From positions 23,622 through 87,621 of the forward strand of contig CAJMAO010000001.1 of NCBI GenBank assembly GCA_905211345.1: DNA of 64,000 nt, read 5' to 3'. This DNA is from an uncultured Prevotella sp. GTDB taxonomy: Bacteria > Bacteroidota > Bacteroidia > Bacteroidales > Bacteroidaceae. Below, piece by piece: positions 49,601 through 59,679 of this stretch; position 1 is the first letter of the stretch; every line of letters begins with the position of its first letter. A model generated the notes under the pieces. That model was not told the origin of the DNA. It was given only the letters and a program-made list of their open reading frames with translations, and made no database searches. A program made the position numbers and the translations under genes.

Positions 49601-50526
49601 GCCTCAACGTTGATAAGTTGAGGTTGTGTTACAAGCAACCTGAAGGGTTGTTTGAGGACATGGCGCAACATAGTACAGGCGATTATGTGCAAATGAATGA
49701 TTATGCCTTGCATATAATAGATGACGGCAGAGGGCAAAGGGGAACAGAAACTCCTACCAAAGTAATTGTGAACGTGTTAACTTCTGACAGCATATTACTA
49801 GGGACATTTACCTTCAATAAAACTGCCAAATATAACGGCCTATGTTTTTTTCGTTATGAAAACAAGGCACTTTACCTGTGCATGGGATATGCGCCCGATA
49901 GACCGCCGCGCAAATACAATGCAATAGATTACCTTCCTTATGTAGCCGACGATTTAGGCTTACAGCTCAATAATGTAACAGAGCTTGAAATTGCAGCTGA
50001 CGTGAACAAGAACCCCGTGCCACTCATCCGCAAACTCATCAAATGTGATGAAGGTTTTGACATGGTTGTCAACGGGAAACGCGTGCCCGATAACATGCGT
50101 GAAATAGAATGTTACGGGGAATATTTTACGAGGTCGAGGGCTAAGTTGTGCCGAACTCCGTCGCTATATTTCGGTCAGAAATATACGGACTTGAAATTGA
50201 GGATATACAACAAGTCGAAGGAGATACGGGACAACAATGGCTGCAAGGATTACATAACGGAATGGGACGATTTCGGCAAGCAATCCATTTACCGTATGGA
50301 GGTTAGGATGTGCAACGACGACGTGAACAAATGGCAGAAACATATAGCTGAAAACGGCAGCTACTTATCGGAGTGGCAGGGTACTGACAAGATGGTTTGT
50401 TTGCTCGGGTTGGACGAATATAAACGCGCCTTATGGGAATACAGCGCAAACAGGCTTGTATACTGGAGGGACAAAGCCACGGGCAAGAAAATAATAACAT
50501 TGTATGATATAGCTCAAACGTGTTAA
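49579..50526 (+). CDS. Rep_trans-like rolling-circle initiator or relaxase
   Basis: ELEIAAD, SLYFG, LRIYNKSKE, YRMEVR in the order expected for Rep_trans. Confidence 0.65.
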   Translation: MPRKKRISLNVDKLRLCYKQPEGLFEDMAQHSTGDYVQMNDYALHIIDDGRGQRGTETPTKVIVNVLTSDSILLGTFTFNKTAKYNGLCFFRYENKALYLCMGYAPDRPPRKYNAIDYLPYVADDLGLQLNNVTELEIAADVNKNPVPLIRKLIKCDEGFDMVVNGKRVPDNMREIECYGEYFTRSRAKLCRTPSLYFGQKYTDLKLRIYNKSKEIRDNNGCKDYITEWDDFGKQSIYRMEVRMCNDDVNKWQKHIAENGSYLSEWQGTDKMVCLLGLDEYKRALWEYSANRLVYWRDKATGKKIITLYDIAQTC

Positions 50527-50969
50527 TAAATGCCCCACGGAGCCATTTGCTTGCGCCCTGTGGGCTTTTCTTTTCAGTCGTGGCAAGTTTATCAGTAAAA
50601 ACAGGACAACGCCTCATGTCGCATTAAAACAGCACTGGTGACTATATAGCCAGCACCCACGCCAGCACTTGAAAATCATACTGAAACATCCCTAAACAAA
50701 GGATTTCTAGGGATTTTTTCAAGACATGGAATGTTAATAAAAATCAATACATTTCCCTATTAAAATTATAACTTCTATCTTTGTAAGAACAAGAAAAAAG
50801 AACAAATTATCACTATATGTACAAGTCGCTTAAATTCAGTGGGTTACGTAAAATACCTGAAATTTGCGAAGTTTCGAAGTGTCAAGCACAAAGCGTCAAG
50901 TAAACGCCTTTTCCATATATAGAATCCCACACACCGCCGCTTTCGTGGCTTCCGTGTGAGGAAACTGTG

Positions 50970-51001
50970 CAAAAATAAGAAAAGTTATTACAAATAGCAA
51001 A
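50970..51001 (-). promoter_or_regulatory. Consensus Bacteroidetes promoter TTTG-N20-TATTTTTG pointing into the element's right end
   Basis: -33 box at 50998-51001, -7 box at 50970-50977; hairpin 50925-50962 follows. Confidence 0.75.
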
Positions 51002-51016
51002 TGTTGATGAAAAAAA

Positions 51017-51052
51017 CTTTGGAAACAGTGCAAATTACGCTGTTTCCAAAGT
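51017..51052 (-). terminator. Terminator of TPR gene
   Basis: ACTTTGGAAACAG/CTGTTTCCAAAGT stem with T run on minus strand. Confidence 0.7.
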
Positions 51053-51090
51053 CTTAATATTTATAATAAAAAGTCAGCTGCCGATACTGA

Positions 51091-52776
51091 TTATTCGCCG
51101 TCCTTTGAATACTTGTCTATAAGGGGCTGCGCCTGCGGGTTACCCAGTTCGTCAGCCTTTTTAAGAGCTGCAAGCCCGGCAGGCTTGTCGCCTGTAGTAA
51201 TAAGAGCCAAGCCTAATAATAGATGGCCGTCAGAATAATCTGGGGTCATCTCCGTACAGCGGCGTGCCGTCTCTACGGCCTCCTTAGAGTGCCCCACGCG
51301 CAGTTGCAACTGTGCCATCTCTGCATAATAAGTTGGTTCGCCTGGAGCCAGCAGCATGGCGCGTGCATAGTCGCCAAGAGCCTGCTGGTAAAGCCGGGCC
51401 TTCACCTCGGTACGAGCGCGCACGGCATAGAATTCGGCACCGGGACGTGAAGCCGTAAGCAACTCGTAACGGGTATAATCGAACACGGCCTGACGGAAAC
51501 TATCCTCAGCGGCGTAAGCCTCGGCACGGGCTAAAAAGTAAGGAGCAGTTTCGCGCATACGCAAAGTATCAGTAGTGTTGATCGCACTATCAAGCAACGC
51601 TATAACCTCTCCTCCCGGCGCGCCCATACGGGCCTTGCAGCGGGCGGCCTCGTAAAGCAGTTCAGGGCGGGGCATGTCGGTAGCCATAAGGGCGGTAAAC
51701 TCATCGTAGGCAGCCTTATAGTCGCCTTGGGCGAAAGTTATACGGGCTTGCTGGTGACGATAGGCCGGCAGAGGGTTCAATTTGTATGCTTCGGCCGTCT
51801 CTGCGGCGGCAAGGGCTAGCGTCCATGGAGCGTAAGGCTCGGCAGGAGCGTACATTACGTAGTCATATACCAGCTTGCCATAGTCGGCGTGGGCTTGATC
51901 TTTGCGGTCGGCATGCCGAATGGCCTCAGCCATTGTAGTGGCAGCATCAGCGCAATGCCCTTGCTCCACCTGAAGGCGGGCCATGGCCGAATAGCCGTCA
52001 GTCAAGGCAGGATACCGCCCAATAAAGTCGACCGCTGCGGCACGACGCTTCAGGGTGTCGGCTCCCTGCTCGGCCATGATGAGCACCAGCCTAGCCTGCT
52101 CCACATCGACGGGCAGAGCAGGCGGTATGCCTATGCGACGCAACAGGGGATCACTTATGGCAAAACCGTTGGTGGCAAGGCCAAGGGCAAAACGGGCATC
52201 GGCGGCATGCACGTCGGCCGTAGCCGACGCAGGCTTCATCAACCCCAGCAGGCGACCGTCGGCCGTAACAAAAGGACACGAAGCTGAACCGTCGGGTGCG
52301 GTAAACCCGAATATATAGTAAGAGTATTCTCCGCCGAAAGTCTCAACGGCCTTTACCGTAGCCTCTACGGGGCGCGAGCCTTCGCCCGCCGGCACAAGCC
52401 ACACAGCATCGCCAACCTTAGCGGAAGCCGTAGTCACGGGCAGGGCTGTAACGCCGTCGACGTCAACCTTTATCTTAGCGAGGTCGTACAGCTCGCTTAC
52501 GCCGCAGATGCGCTCAACCTCAGCCTGTCTGCCGTTGCCGTAGTTGACGGTGGCGCGGGCTGCGCCGTCGAATGGCTGTAAGGCAGCTATAGCCGTTCCG
52601 TCAGCCGAAGTAAACACACCGGCACCCTCGGCCAACACTGTGCCGTCAACTTTATACGTGGTTAGCCTGAACACGGCTCCAGAGGCTTTCTTAACCGCGA
52701 CAGGCTGTCCTGCCGACTTCAGGCAGCATACCGATAGGGCTGCCGCCAATGATAATGATATGATTGTGTGCAACAT
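51091..52776 (-). CDS. Secreted trypsin-like domain plus TPR protein
   Basis: Signal peptide; degenerate trypsin-like fold lacking an obvious GxSG motif; multiple TPRs. Confidence 0.75.
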   Translation of the reverse strand: MLHTIISLSLAAALSVCCLKSAGQPVAVKKASGAVFRLTTYKVDGTVLAEGAGVFTSADGTAIAALQPFDGAARATVNYGNGRQAEVERICGVSELYDLAKIKVDVDGVTALPVTTASAKVGDAVWLVPAGEGSRPVEATVKAVETFGGEYSYYIFGFTAPDGSASCPFVTADGRLLGLMKPASATADVHAADARFALGLATNGFAISDPLLRRIGIPPALPVDVEQARLVLIMAEQGADTLKRRAAAVDFIGRYPALTDGYSAMARLQVEQGHCADAATTMAEAIRHADRKDQAHADYGKLVYDYVMYAPAEPYAPWTLALAAAETAEAYKLNPLPAYRHQQARITFAQGDYKAAYDEFTALMATDMPRPELLYEAARCKARMGAPGGEVIALLDSAINTTDTLRMRETAPYFLARAEAYAAEDSFRQAVFDYTRYELLTASRPGAEFYAVRARTEVKARLYQQALGDYARAMLLAPGEPTYYAEMAQLQLRVGHSKEAVETARRCTEMTPDYSDGHLLLGLALITTGDKPAGLAALKKADELGNPQAQPLIDKYSKDGE

Positions 52777-52864
52777 AACTCTTTAATTTAAATTGAAATT
52801 GAAGAATTAAAAATAGAAACTGAGCATACGCCGTATCATTGCCGTAAAGCGATATTCGTTCTAA

Positions 52865-54526
52865 TTATTCATTTCCTAACAATTCTCTTGCATTGCTGAC
52901 TGCAGCAGGGGTTATCTCGGCACCGCTGAGCATCCGGGCTATCTCGACCACACGCTCGTCAGCCGTAAGGCGGCTCATACGGCTGACTGTACCGGCAGAC
53001 GTTTCCTCTTTATACACCTTGTAGTGGACGGAACCCTTAGCTGCTATCTGGGGCAGGTGGGTGATACTGACCACTTGACGTTCGGCCCTGCCCATCTCCT
53101 GCATTATACGCCCCATGCTCTCGGCCGTCTTTCCTGATACGCCGGTGTCAATCTCATCAAAGATTATCGTGGGCAGCTTCACCGCACCGCTTATCATAGC
53201 CTTTAGCGAGAGCATCACGCGAGCTATCTCGCCGCCAGAGGCCACTTGGGCAACAGGCTGCATGGCAGTGCCTGCGTTGGCAGTAAAGAGAAATGAGATA
53301 CGGTCGTGCCCGTCAGGCCCCAGCTCGCCGCTACGCTCTAAACTTACGGCAAAGCGGGCTTTAGGCATACCAAGGTCAGACAATCTAGCGGGCATCTCAG
53401 CCTCTATGCGGCGGGCGGCGGCCTCACGTTCCGCCGTCAACCTGTCGGCCAAGTTGCAACATTCGGCAGCCAACCGCTCCTCGCGCTCTTTTAAGGCGAT
53501 GATTTCATCATCGCCGCCATCTATGGCGGCCAACTTCGCCGCCAGCCCATCCCTCAGAACGAGCAGTTCGTCAACAGTGGCAACCTTGTGTTTCTGCTCC
53601 AGCGTGTATATCTTGTCAAGAGCGGAGTTCACCTGCTCCAAACGCCGCGGATCAAAATCCATAGCCTCAGCCTCGGCACCCACCTCACGCATGATGTCGG
53701 CCACCTCAATGTGACAACTCTCCAGTCGCTCGACAGTGGCCTTGACGGCTGGGTATATCGAGGCTATCCCCTCAAGTTGGCGCACGACGGACTTCAATCG
53801 GTCGGCTACTTGACCAACATCACCCAACGTACTCTCCACGTCGTAAAGAACAGTTTTTATCTCCTCAGCATGTCCAAGCACACCACTCTCTTGCTCCAGC
53901 TCATCCTGCAAACCGGGGCGCAATCCTGCCGCTTGAAGTTCGTCGAGTTGAAAGCGCATGAAGTCCTCATTACGGCGGGCGTCATCGAGGGTGGCCTGAG
54001 CACGCTTCACCGCCTGATGCGCCTCTTTGTAATCGGTGAAACGCTCCTTATATTCAGCCAGCAGGGCTTTATCTGCAGCTATGATGTCGACAACGTCCAA
54101 CTGGAAATCGTCCTCACCCAGCAGTAGGTTTTGGTGCTGGCTGTGTATGTCAACCAGCTGTCCGCCCAAGGTACGCATTAGCGTGAGTGGCACTGGCGTG
54201 TCGTTGATAAAGGCGCGGCTTTTGCCAGATGGAGCTATCTCACGACGCAATATGCAATCATCGGCATCGTAATCTATACCGTTGTCATCGAAAAATTCCT
54301 GATTGCCATAGCGGCTTATATCAAAATGAGCCTCAACAACGCACTTGCGCCCGACCTGCCTAATGCACTTGGTGTCGGCCCGCTGACCCAACAACAGATT
54401 TACGGCACCTAGAATTATGCTCTTGCCTGCACCGGTCTCACCGGTTATAACAGAGAAACCCGAGGCGAAATCGATGTCAAGCGTATCGATAAGGGTGAAG
54501 TTGTTGATGTATAAATGTTTCAACAT
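52865..54526 (-). CDS. recN: DNA repair protein RecN
   Basis: TGETGAGKS, ASGGE, FDEIDTGVSG, ITHLPQ. Confidence 0.97.
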   Translation of the reverse strand: MLKHLYINNFTLIDTLDIDFASGFSVITGETGAGKSIILGAVNLLLGQRADTKCIRQVGRKCVVEAHFDISRYGNQEFFDDNGIDYDADDCILRREIAPSGKSRAFINDTPVPLTLMRTLGGQLVDIHSQHQNLLLGEDDFQLDVVDIIAADKALLAEYKERFTDYKEAHQAVKRAQATLDDARRNEDFMRFQLDELQAAGLRPGLQDELEQESGVLGHAEEIKTVLYDVESTLGDVGQVADRLKSVVRQLEGIASIYPAVKATVERLESCHIEVADIMREVGAEAEAMDFDPRRLEQVNSALDKIYTLEQKHKVATVDELLVLRDGLAAKLAAIDGGDDEIIALKEREERLAAECCNLADRLTAEREAAARRIEAEMPARLSDLGMPKARFAVSLERSGELGPDGHDRISFLFTANAGTAMQPVAQVASGGEIARVMLSLKAMISGAVKLPTIIFDEIDTGVSGKTAESMGRIMQEMGRAERQVVSITHLPQIAAKGSVHYKVYKEETSAGTVSRMSRLTADERVVEIARMLSGAEITPAAVSNARELLGNE

Positions 54527-54530
54527 CGTT

Positions 54531-55442
54531 TTATTCTTTTATACGTTCCCAGTAGTTGTTCTGTGAGGCGTTGATTGAGAACAGCACCTCGTAGACTGAT
54601 TCTTTCTCCTTAGGCGTACCTTTTCCCTTATATATGTTACCCAGCTCGTCTTTCTTGTAGTCCGTCCATATCTGCGGCAGCAGGCTCAGGGGTTTATCCT
54701 CGTGGGCCTTCTTCAGGTTGGTCTGTATGGCGGTGGTTATATTGGTACGGCCACGGTCGGCGTTATTGGCCATCTCGTCAAGTCCTGTACGGTAATAATC
54801 ATACTGGAATTGCCGGAAAGGACGCATGGCCACGTCCATGTAATCGTTGATTATGGCGAAGCGGTTACGGTCGTTGTCAAAAGCTTTCCATCCCGTGAAG
54901 TTAAGATTCTGTGCATTGTTCACAAGATTGAGGCAACGCTGCAACACATCCTCGCCGCCCATTGGCGAAAAAGAGTCGAGATCCAGCCCTATTATAAGGT
55001 AAGCATAATAGGCTATGAGCGCCGTCAGTTGGTTATCCACCATCTCCTCATTGAAGTTGAGCTGGTCAAATTGGGCGAACTCAAAGTTAAACTCAGTATC
55101 TTGGTTGTTGTATAATGTCGACGTATAAGCCGAGTTGTACACGGGACGGTTGGCCTGTATCAGGGCTGTACACGTAAACAGGTTGGACGACTGGTCATAT
55201 TGCGTCACGGTAATGTTGAAATTACACACGATGCGCTCATTCTTCTGGAACTGCAACGATGTCCACTGACGGTCGTTTATAAATTGCTCAAGCGTCTGCT
55301 GCAGGTTGTCGAACACGCTTGCATCGGTACCCTGTATCTGGTTATGGTTTATCGTCACCCTTGCCAGCAGCTCCTGAGCATAGGCACTACCCGCGCCAAG
55401 CACGGCGGCGCATACACATATAATCACGGATAACAGCCTCAT
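54531..55442 (-). CDS. DUF4835 family protein
   Basis: AQEL, RPVYNS.Y, AYYAYLIIG.D.DSFS; recN-coaBC context. Confidence 0.8.
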   Translation of the reverse strand: MRLLSVIICVCAAVLGAGSAYAQELLARVTINHNQIQGTDASVFDNLQQTLEQFINDRQWTSLQFQKNERIVCNFNITVTQYDQSSNLFTCTALIQANRPVYNSAYTSTLYNNQDTEFNFEFAQFDQLNFNEEMVDNQLTALIAYYAYLIIGLDLDSFSPMGGEDVLQRCLNLVNNAQNLNFTGWKAFDNDRNRFAIINDYMDVAMRPFRQFQYDYYRTGLDEMANNADRGRTNITTAIQTNLKKAHEDKPLSLLPQIWTDYKKDELGNIYKGKGTPKEKESVYEVLFSINASQNNYWERIKE

Positions 55443-55469
55443 AATCTATTCATAATTAAGGTTCATGTC

Positions 55470-56663
55470 TCAGAACAGTTTCGATAATTCATCGATTATG
55501 TCACACGCCACATCTGCCTTTTTCTTCTTCGGATACTCGTTAACCGACCCTGACGAGATTATCTTCACCTGATTGTCGTCGGTGCGGAACGTAGTACCTT
55601 CATTACGTGTCGAGTTGAGCACGATGAAATCGAAATGTTTCCTTTCCAGCTTGCCCCTAGCGTTAGCGTCCTCGTTGTCGGTCTCAAGGGCGAAACCTAC
55701 GAGCCTTTGGCTGCCGCGCTTCATGCGTCCTAACTCGGCGGCGATGTCATGTGTCGGACTAAGGCGCACAACCAAGTCGTCGCCGCCGCGCTTTATTTTC
55801 GTGGCAGAAGGCTGCTCTGGCTTAAAATCTGCCACGGCGGCGCACAATATCGCAGCGTCGCAACCTTCAAACTCGGTCTTTGCCGCTTCATACATTTCCT
55901 GACAGCTCTCTACGTCGATGCGCCGTATTCCCTCGGAGCACTTCATGCTCACAGGACCACTCACCAACGTCACCTCAGCCCCACGCCGGGCACACTCCTC
56001 AGCAAGAGCAAAACCCATCTTGCCACTAGAGTAATTGCCGATGAATCTCACTGGGTCAATCTTTTCATACGTAGGCCCGGCTGTAATCATTATGCGCTTG
56101 CCTTTCAGCTCGTTCTTCTTGTCGTAAAAGAAGCGGTCAAGCACCTTTACTATATTATCAGGCTCATCCATGCGTCCTTTGCCCTCAAGACCGCTGGCAA
56201 GGAAACCGCTCTGAGGTTCGATTATAATGTTGCCATACGACCGCAACCGCTCTAGATTGCGCTGTGTCGAAGGGTGTGCGTACATATCCAAGTCCATGGC
56301 CGGAGCCACGAATACAGGTGCCTTCATCGAAAGGTATGTGGTAATGAGCATATTGTCGGCAATGCCGTTGGCCATCTTGCCGATAGTGCTCGCCGTGCAT
56401 GGGGCTATGAGCATGGCGTCGGCCCAAAGCCCGAGGTCTACATGCGAATTCCATGTGCCGTCACGCTGTGAAAAAAATTCACTGACCACAGGCTTATGCG
56501 TCAACGCAGAAAGCGTTATCGGAGTTATGAATTCCTTACCGGCAGGCGTAATCACCACCTGCACCTCAGCCCCCTGCTTTATTAGGCCGCGTATAATAAG
56601 ACAAGACTTATAAGCCGCTATGCTGCCCGTTATTCCAAGAACGATTTTCTTACCTTTCAACAT
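55470..56663 (-). CDS. coaBC: Phosphopantothenoylcysteine decarboxylase/ligase
   Basis: GITGSIAAYK, APAM, TAGPT.E.IDPVRFIGNYSSGKMG, GFALET. Confidence 0.96.
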   Translation of the reverse strand: MLKGKKIVLGITGSIAAYKSCLIIRGLIKQGAEVQVVITPAGKEFITPITLSALTHKPVVSEFFSQRDGTWNSHVDLGLWADAMLIAPCTASTIGKMANGIADNMLITTYLSMKAPVFVAPAMDLDMYAHPSTQRNLERLRSYGNIIIEPQSGFLASGLEGKGRMDEPDNIVKVLDRFFYDKKNELKGKRIMITAGPTYEKIDPVRFIGNYSSGKMGFALAEECARRGAEVTLVSGPVSMKCSEGIRRIDVESCQEMYEAAKTEFEGCDAAILCAAVADFKPEQPSATKIKRGGDDLVVRLSPTHDIAAELGRMKRGSQRLVGFALETDNEDANARGKLERKHFDFIVLNSTRNEGTTFRTDDNQVKIISSGSVNEYPKKKKADVACDIIDELSKLF

Positions 56664-56681
56664 AATGTATTTGATTAAGAG

Positions 56682-56753
56682 TTAAGAGTTAAGAATTAAG
56701 AAAAATGTCTTTACCATTTGTAAAAGCATATTTTCTTAATTCTTAACTCTTAA
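56682..56753. repeat. Heptamer-built intergenic inverted repeat
   Basis: 23-bp arms TTAAGAGTTAAGAATTAAGAAAA / TTTTCTTAATTCTTAACTCTTAA. Confidence 0.8.
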
Positions 56754-56756
56754 TTT

Positions 56757-57611
56757 TTAATTCTTATTGAACTCTCTCAAGCGTATGCGGGTAAGCACTT
56801 GCTTGGTGTTGTTCGTGAAATCGCTGCTCAACATCCAACTGTAATACCCCGGGTCGCGGTGAAGAACGTCGGCAACTCCCCACCCTTTATACTTGCCGAA
56901 ATTGAACACCTCATACATCCTCGGCTTACCCGAGGCGTCAAGCAGGGTCTTGCCATCCTTGTCCTTCATCTCCTTCCACACGATGCGGCCGGCAAAATCA
57001 ACGTTGTCGTTCAACTTAGAAAATTCCGCCAGCTCGTCCATATCGTTGTTGAGTTGCCGCTCCGGCTCCTCCTGCCTGCCGGGGGCATACATGTCAAGCT
57101 CGCCTTGCAGCACACGATATGTGGCCTCGGTGTCCTCATCAGCCTTATGGGCGGTAAAGTCTTCCTCCATTTTCCTGCCGCAATAAAACTTATATGCGGC
57201 GGCAAGGTTGCGCCGCTCCATCTTGTGGTATATTGTTTGCACGTCGATTAGACGGCACTTCGAGAAATCAAAGTCGATACCGGCCCGCAGAAATTCCTCG
57301 GCAAGCATCGGCACGTCGAAATGATTGGAGTTGAAACCTGCGAAATCGCAACCCTTAAACTTATTTTCAAGGTCGGTGGCTATGGCTTTGAACGTAGGTG
57401 CGTCCTTCACGTCTTCGTCGGATATGCCTGTCAGCTGCGCAACCTCGGCCGGAATCGGTCTCTCCGGGTTAACGAACAGGTTGTTACGTTCCTCCTTTCC
57501 GTCAGGAAAAACCTTAATGTACGATATCTGTATTATCTTGTCCTTTACAAGGTCAAGCCCCGTTGTCTCTAGGTCAAAGACAATCAGGGGCTTAGTTAAA
57601 TTAAGTTTCAT
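56757..57611 (-). CDS. dnaQ: DEDDh 3'-5' exonuclease, Pol III epsilon-like
   Basis: FDLETTG, FNSNHFD, AHKADED; follows dnaN. Confidence 0.8.
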   Translation of the reverse strand: MKLNLTKPLIVFDLETTGLDLVKDKIIQISYIKVFPDGKEERNNLFVNPERPIPAEVAQLTGISDEDVKDAPTFKAIATDLENKFKGCDFAGFNSNHFDVPMLAEEFLRAGIDFDFSKCRLIDVQTIYHKMERRNLAAAYKFYCGRKMEEDFTAHKADEDTEATYRVLQGELDMYAPGRQEEPERQLNNDMDELAEFSKLNDNVDFAGRIVWKEMKDKDGKTLLDASGKPRMYEVFNFGKYKGWGVADVLHRDPGYYSWMLSSDFTNNTKQVLTRIRLREFNKN

Positions 57612-57734
57612 ATTTTTCTGTTGACAAGTTACAAGCAGACAAACCACAATCCTTCTTTTATTTGCAGGCAAATGTACACAAGCGCACTAAAATACACTTT
57701 CTTATTCTCGCCTGCTTGTCTGCTTATATGGGTT

Positions 57735-58859
57735 TTAGTCATTCAGCATCATCGGCATCAGAAGCATCAGTATGTCGCCGTTCTCAGGTTGCTGAATCGG
57801 AATTACAAGGCACGGGCGGCTCGGGTCGGCCAGTTCAAGAGCAACTTCATCACTGTCAAGGTTATTCAAAATCTCAACAAGCGACGAACCGTTGAAGCCT
57901 ATGTCCATAGGACTTCCCATATAGTCGCATACTATCTCCTCCTTAGCGCTGGTAGCGAAATCGATGTCTTCCGACGATACCACCACTTTACCCGGCTCTA
58001 TGTGCAGACGCACCTGCTGGCTGCTGCCGCTTGCGAAAGGCAGCACGCGGCGTATCACGCCGGTCAGTGCCATGCGGTCAATGGTCAGTCTGTTCGGGTT
58101 GTCTTTCGGTATCACTGAGTTGTAATTAGGGTAACGGCCCTCTATCAACCTGCACGCCAGCGTTCCGCCGGGATACAGTATGTTGGCGTTACGCTCGTCA
58201 AACCTCACCACAACGTCGTCATCGTTTTTCTGCAGCACGTTCTTCAGCAGCGTAGCCGGCTTCTTCGGCATGATAAACGACACGGGAGCATCAGCCTTTA
58301 TGCCATTGTTGCGTGTGCGCACCAGTTTATGGCCGTCGCTGGCCACGATTGCAAGACACTCGGGAGTTAAGTCGAAATACACGCCGTTCATCACCGGGCG
58401 CAGTTCCTCGTTTGCCGTGGCGAATATCGAGCGGGATATGTCGCCCGCCAATGTCTTCGAGTCAATCACTATCGACGCCGCTCCTTCCTGCAACGGCTGC
58501 AGGCGCGGAAATTCGTCACCGCTCTGCGCCGTAAACTCGTAAACACCGTTAAGGTATCTTACGTTCATCTTATATGAAACCATGTCTACCTCAAGCGTCA
58601 ACGGTTGCTCCGGCAATTCTTTCACCGCGTCGAGTATCGTGCGGTTGTTTACGGCGAACGCCCCGTCACTGTCGGCTTCGTCCAACTGCAACTGCGTTGT
58701 CATCACGTTCTCACTGTCTGACGCTGTAATGGTCAGCGTCTGGCCTGCCACCTCGAACAGGTAGCAGTCCAGTATTGGCATTGAATTTTTACTGTTGAAC
58801 ACTTTCGACAAAGCCGACAGGCGGCTTGCCAAAGTTGTGCTTGATATGGTTAGTCTCAT
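57735..58859 (-). CDS. dnaN: DNA polymerase III beta clamp
   Basis: 374 aa; PIL, RPVMNGV, SDGHKL, GRYPNY, LLMPM. Confidence 0.96.
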   Translation of the reverse strand: MRLTISSTTLASRLSALSKVFNSKNSMPILDCYLFEVAGQTLTITASDSENVMTTQLQLDEADSDGAFAVNNRTILDAVKELPEQPLTLEVDMVSYKMNVRYLNGVYEFTAQSGDEFPRLQPLQEGAASIVIDSKTLAGDISRSIFATANEELRPVMNGVYFDLTPECLAIVASDGHKLVRTRNNGIKADAPVSFIMPKKPATLLKNVLQKNDDDVVVRFDERNANILYPGGTLACRLIEGRYPNYNSVIPKDNPNRLTIDRMALTGVIRRVLPFASGSSQQVRLHIEPGKVVVSSEDIDFATSAKEEIVCDYMGSPMDIGFNGSSLVEILNNLDSDEVALELADPSRPCLVIPIQQPENGDILMLLMPMMLND

Positions 58860-59093
58860 TATTTATATGTGTTTTTAGTTATTCCTTATTTATCGAAACA
58901 CAAGGCACAAGTAACCAACCTTTATGCTTGCCTGCTTGTCACTTGTTTGCTTGTCGCTTATAAATCTTCAAAGTAGGACACAAAAATACTAAAAAGCAAG
59001 TGGCGGAACAAAAAAATTGTGCAAAAATTTCTTTATTCGACAGTATTTTACTAATTTCGCAATCAAAAAATAAAACAACACTAACAAGCGATT

Positions 59094-59522
59094 ATGGAAA
59101 TAGAAGGTAAGATAATAGCCGTCATCCCGCCGAGGGAAGGCGTGTCGGCAAGAACAGGCACAGCGTGGAAAACCCAAGATTACGTCATCGAGACGCACGA
59201 CCAATACCCGCGCCGCTGCTGCTTCAACGTGTTCGGAGCCGACAAGATACAGTTGTTCAACATTCAGGTTGGCGAGGAGCTTCGCGTAAGTTTCGACATC
59301 GACGCCCACGAGTACCAAGGCCGTTGGTTCAACTCAATACGCGCGTGGAAAGTGGAACGTATCGACCCGAATGTCGCTCAGGCTCCTGTGCAACCCATGC
59401 CATTCGACCAGCCGGCCCCGGCCCAGCCCGTGCAAGGTGCCCCGGCATCGGCTCCTATGCCTGAAGCTACGCCGTTCCCGCCGCAAAGCGACGGCAACAG
59501 CGAAGACGACCTACCGTTCTAA
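59094..59522 (+). CDS. DUF3127 OB-fold protein with SSB-like DDLPF tail
   Basis: MEIEGKII, SFDIDAHEYQGRWFNSIRAWK, DDLPF. Confidence 0.88.
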   Translation: MEIEGKIIAVIPPREGVSARTGTAWKTQDYVIETHDQYPRRCCFNVFGADKIQLFNIQVGEELRVSFDIDAHEYQGRWFNSIRAWKVERIDPNVAQAPVQPMPFDQPAPAQPVQGAPASAPMPEATPFPPQSDGNSEDDLPF

Positions 59523-59548
59523 TTACTCTAAGCTAATTAGTTAAATAT

Positions 59549-59578
59549 AAAGGCTTGCCGAATCGGCAAGCCTTTTTT
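59549..59578 (+). terminator. Intrinsic terminator
   Basis: AAAGGCTTGCCGA/TCGGCAAGCCTTT stem plus T run. Confidence 0.8.
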
Positions 59579-59679
59579 ACGCCGTCAAAGCCGGGCGTGT
59601 ACACCGCATGGAAGCATAAATTAAGCCGTCCAAGCATGTCGCTTGAACGGCTTAAACTATTATGCCGCGCAATAGTCTT

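Larger units (their letters stand above)
45524..50870. mobile_element. 5.35-kb integrative element bounded by TTGCGAA core repeats
   Basis: TTGCGAA at 45524-45530 and 50864-50870; AGAAAAAAGAAC arm repeats at 45599, 45612, 50792; IHF-type TATCAAGGATTTA at 45561; integrase at left end. Confidence 0.85.

Noticed and set aside
43461..50526. Complete diversity-generating retroelement
   Set aside because: No reverse transcriptase motif and no TR/VR pair in the window.
50925..50962. Known riboswitch in the hairpin after the 50970 promoter
   Set aside because: No recognisable aptamer consensus; treated as part of the split leader.
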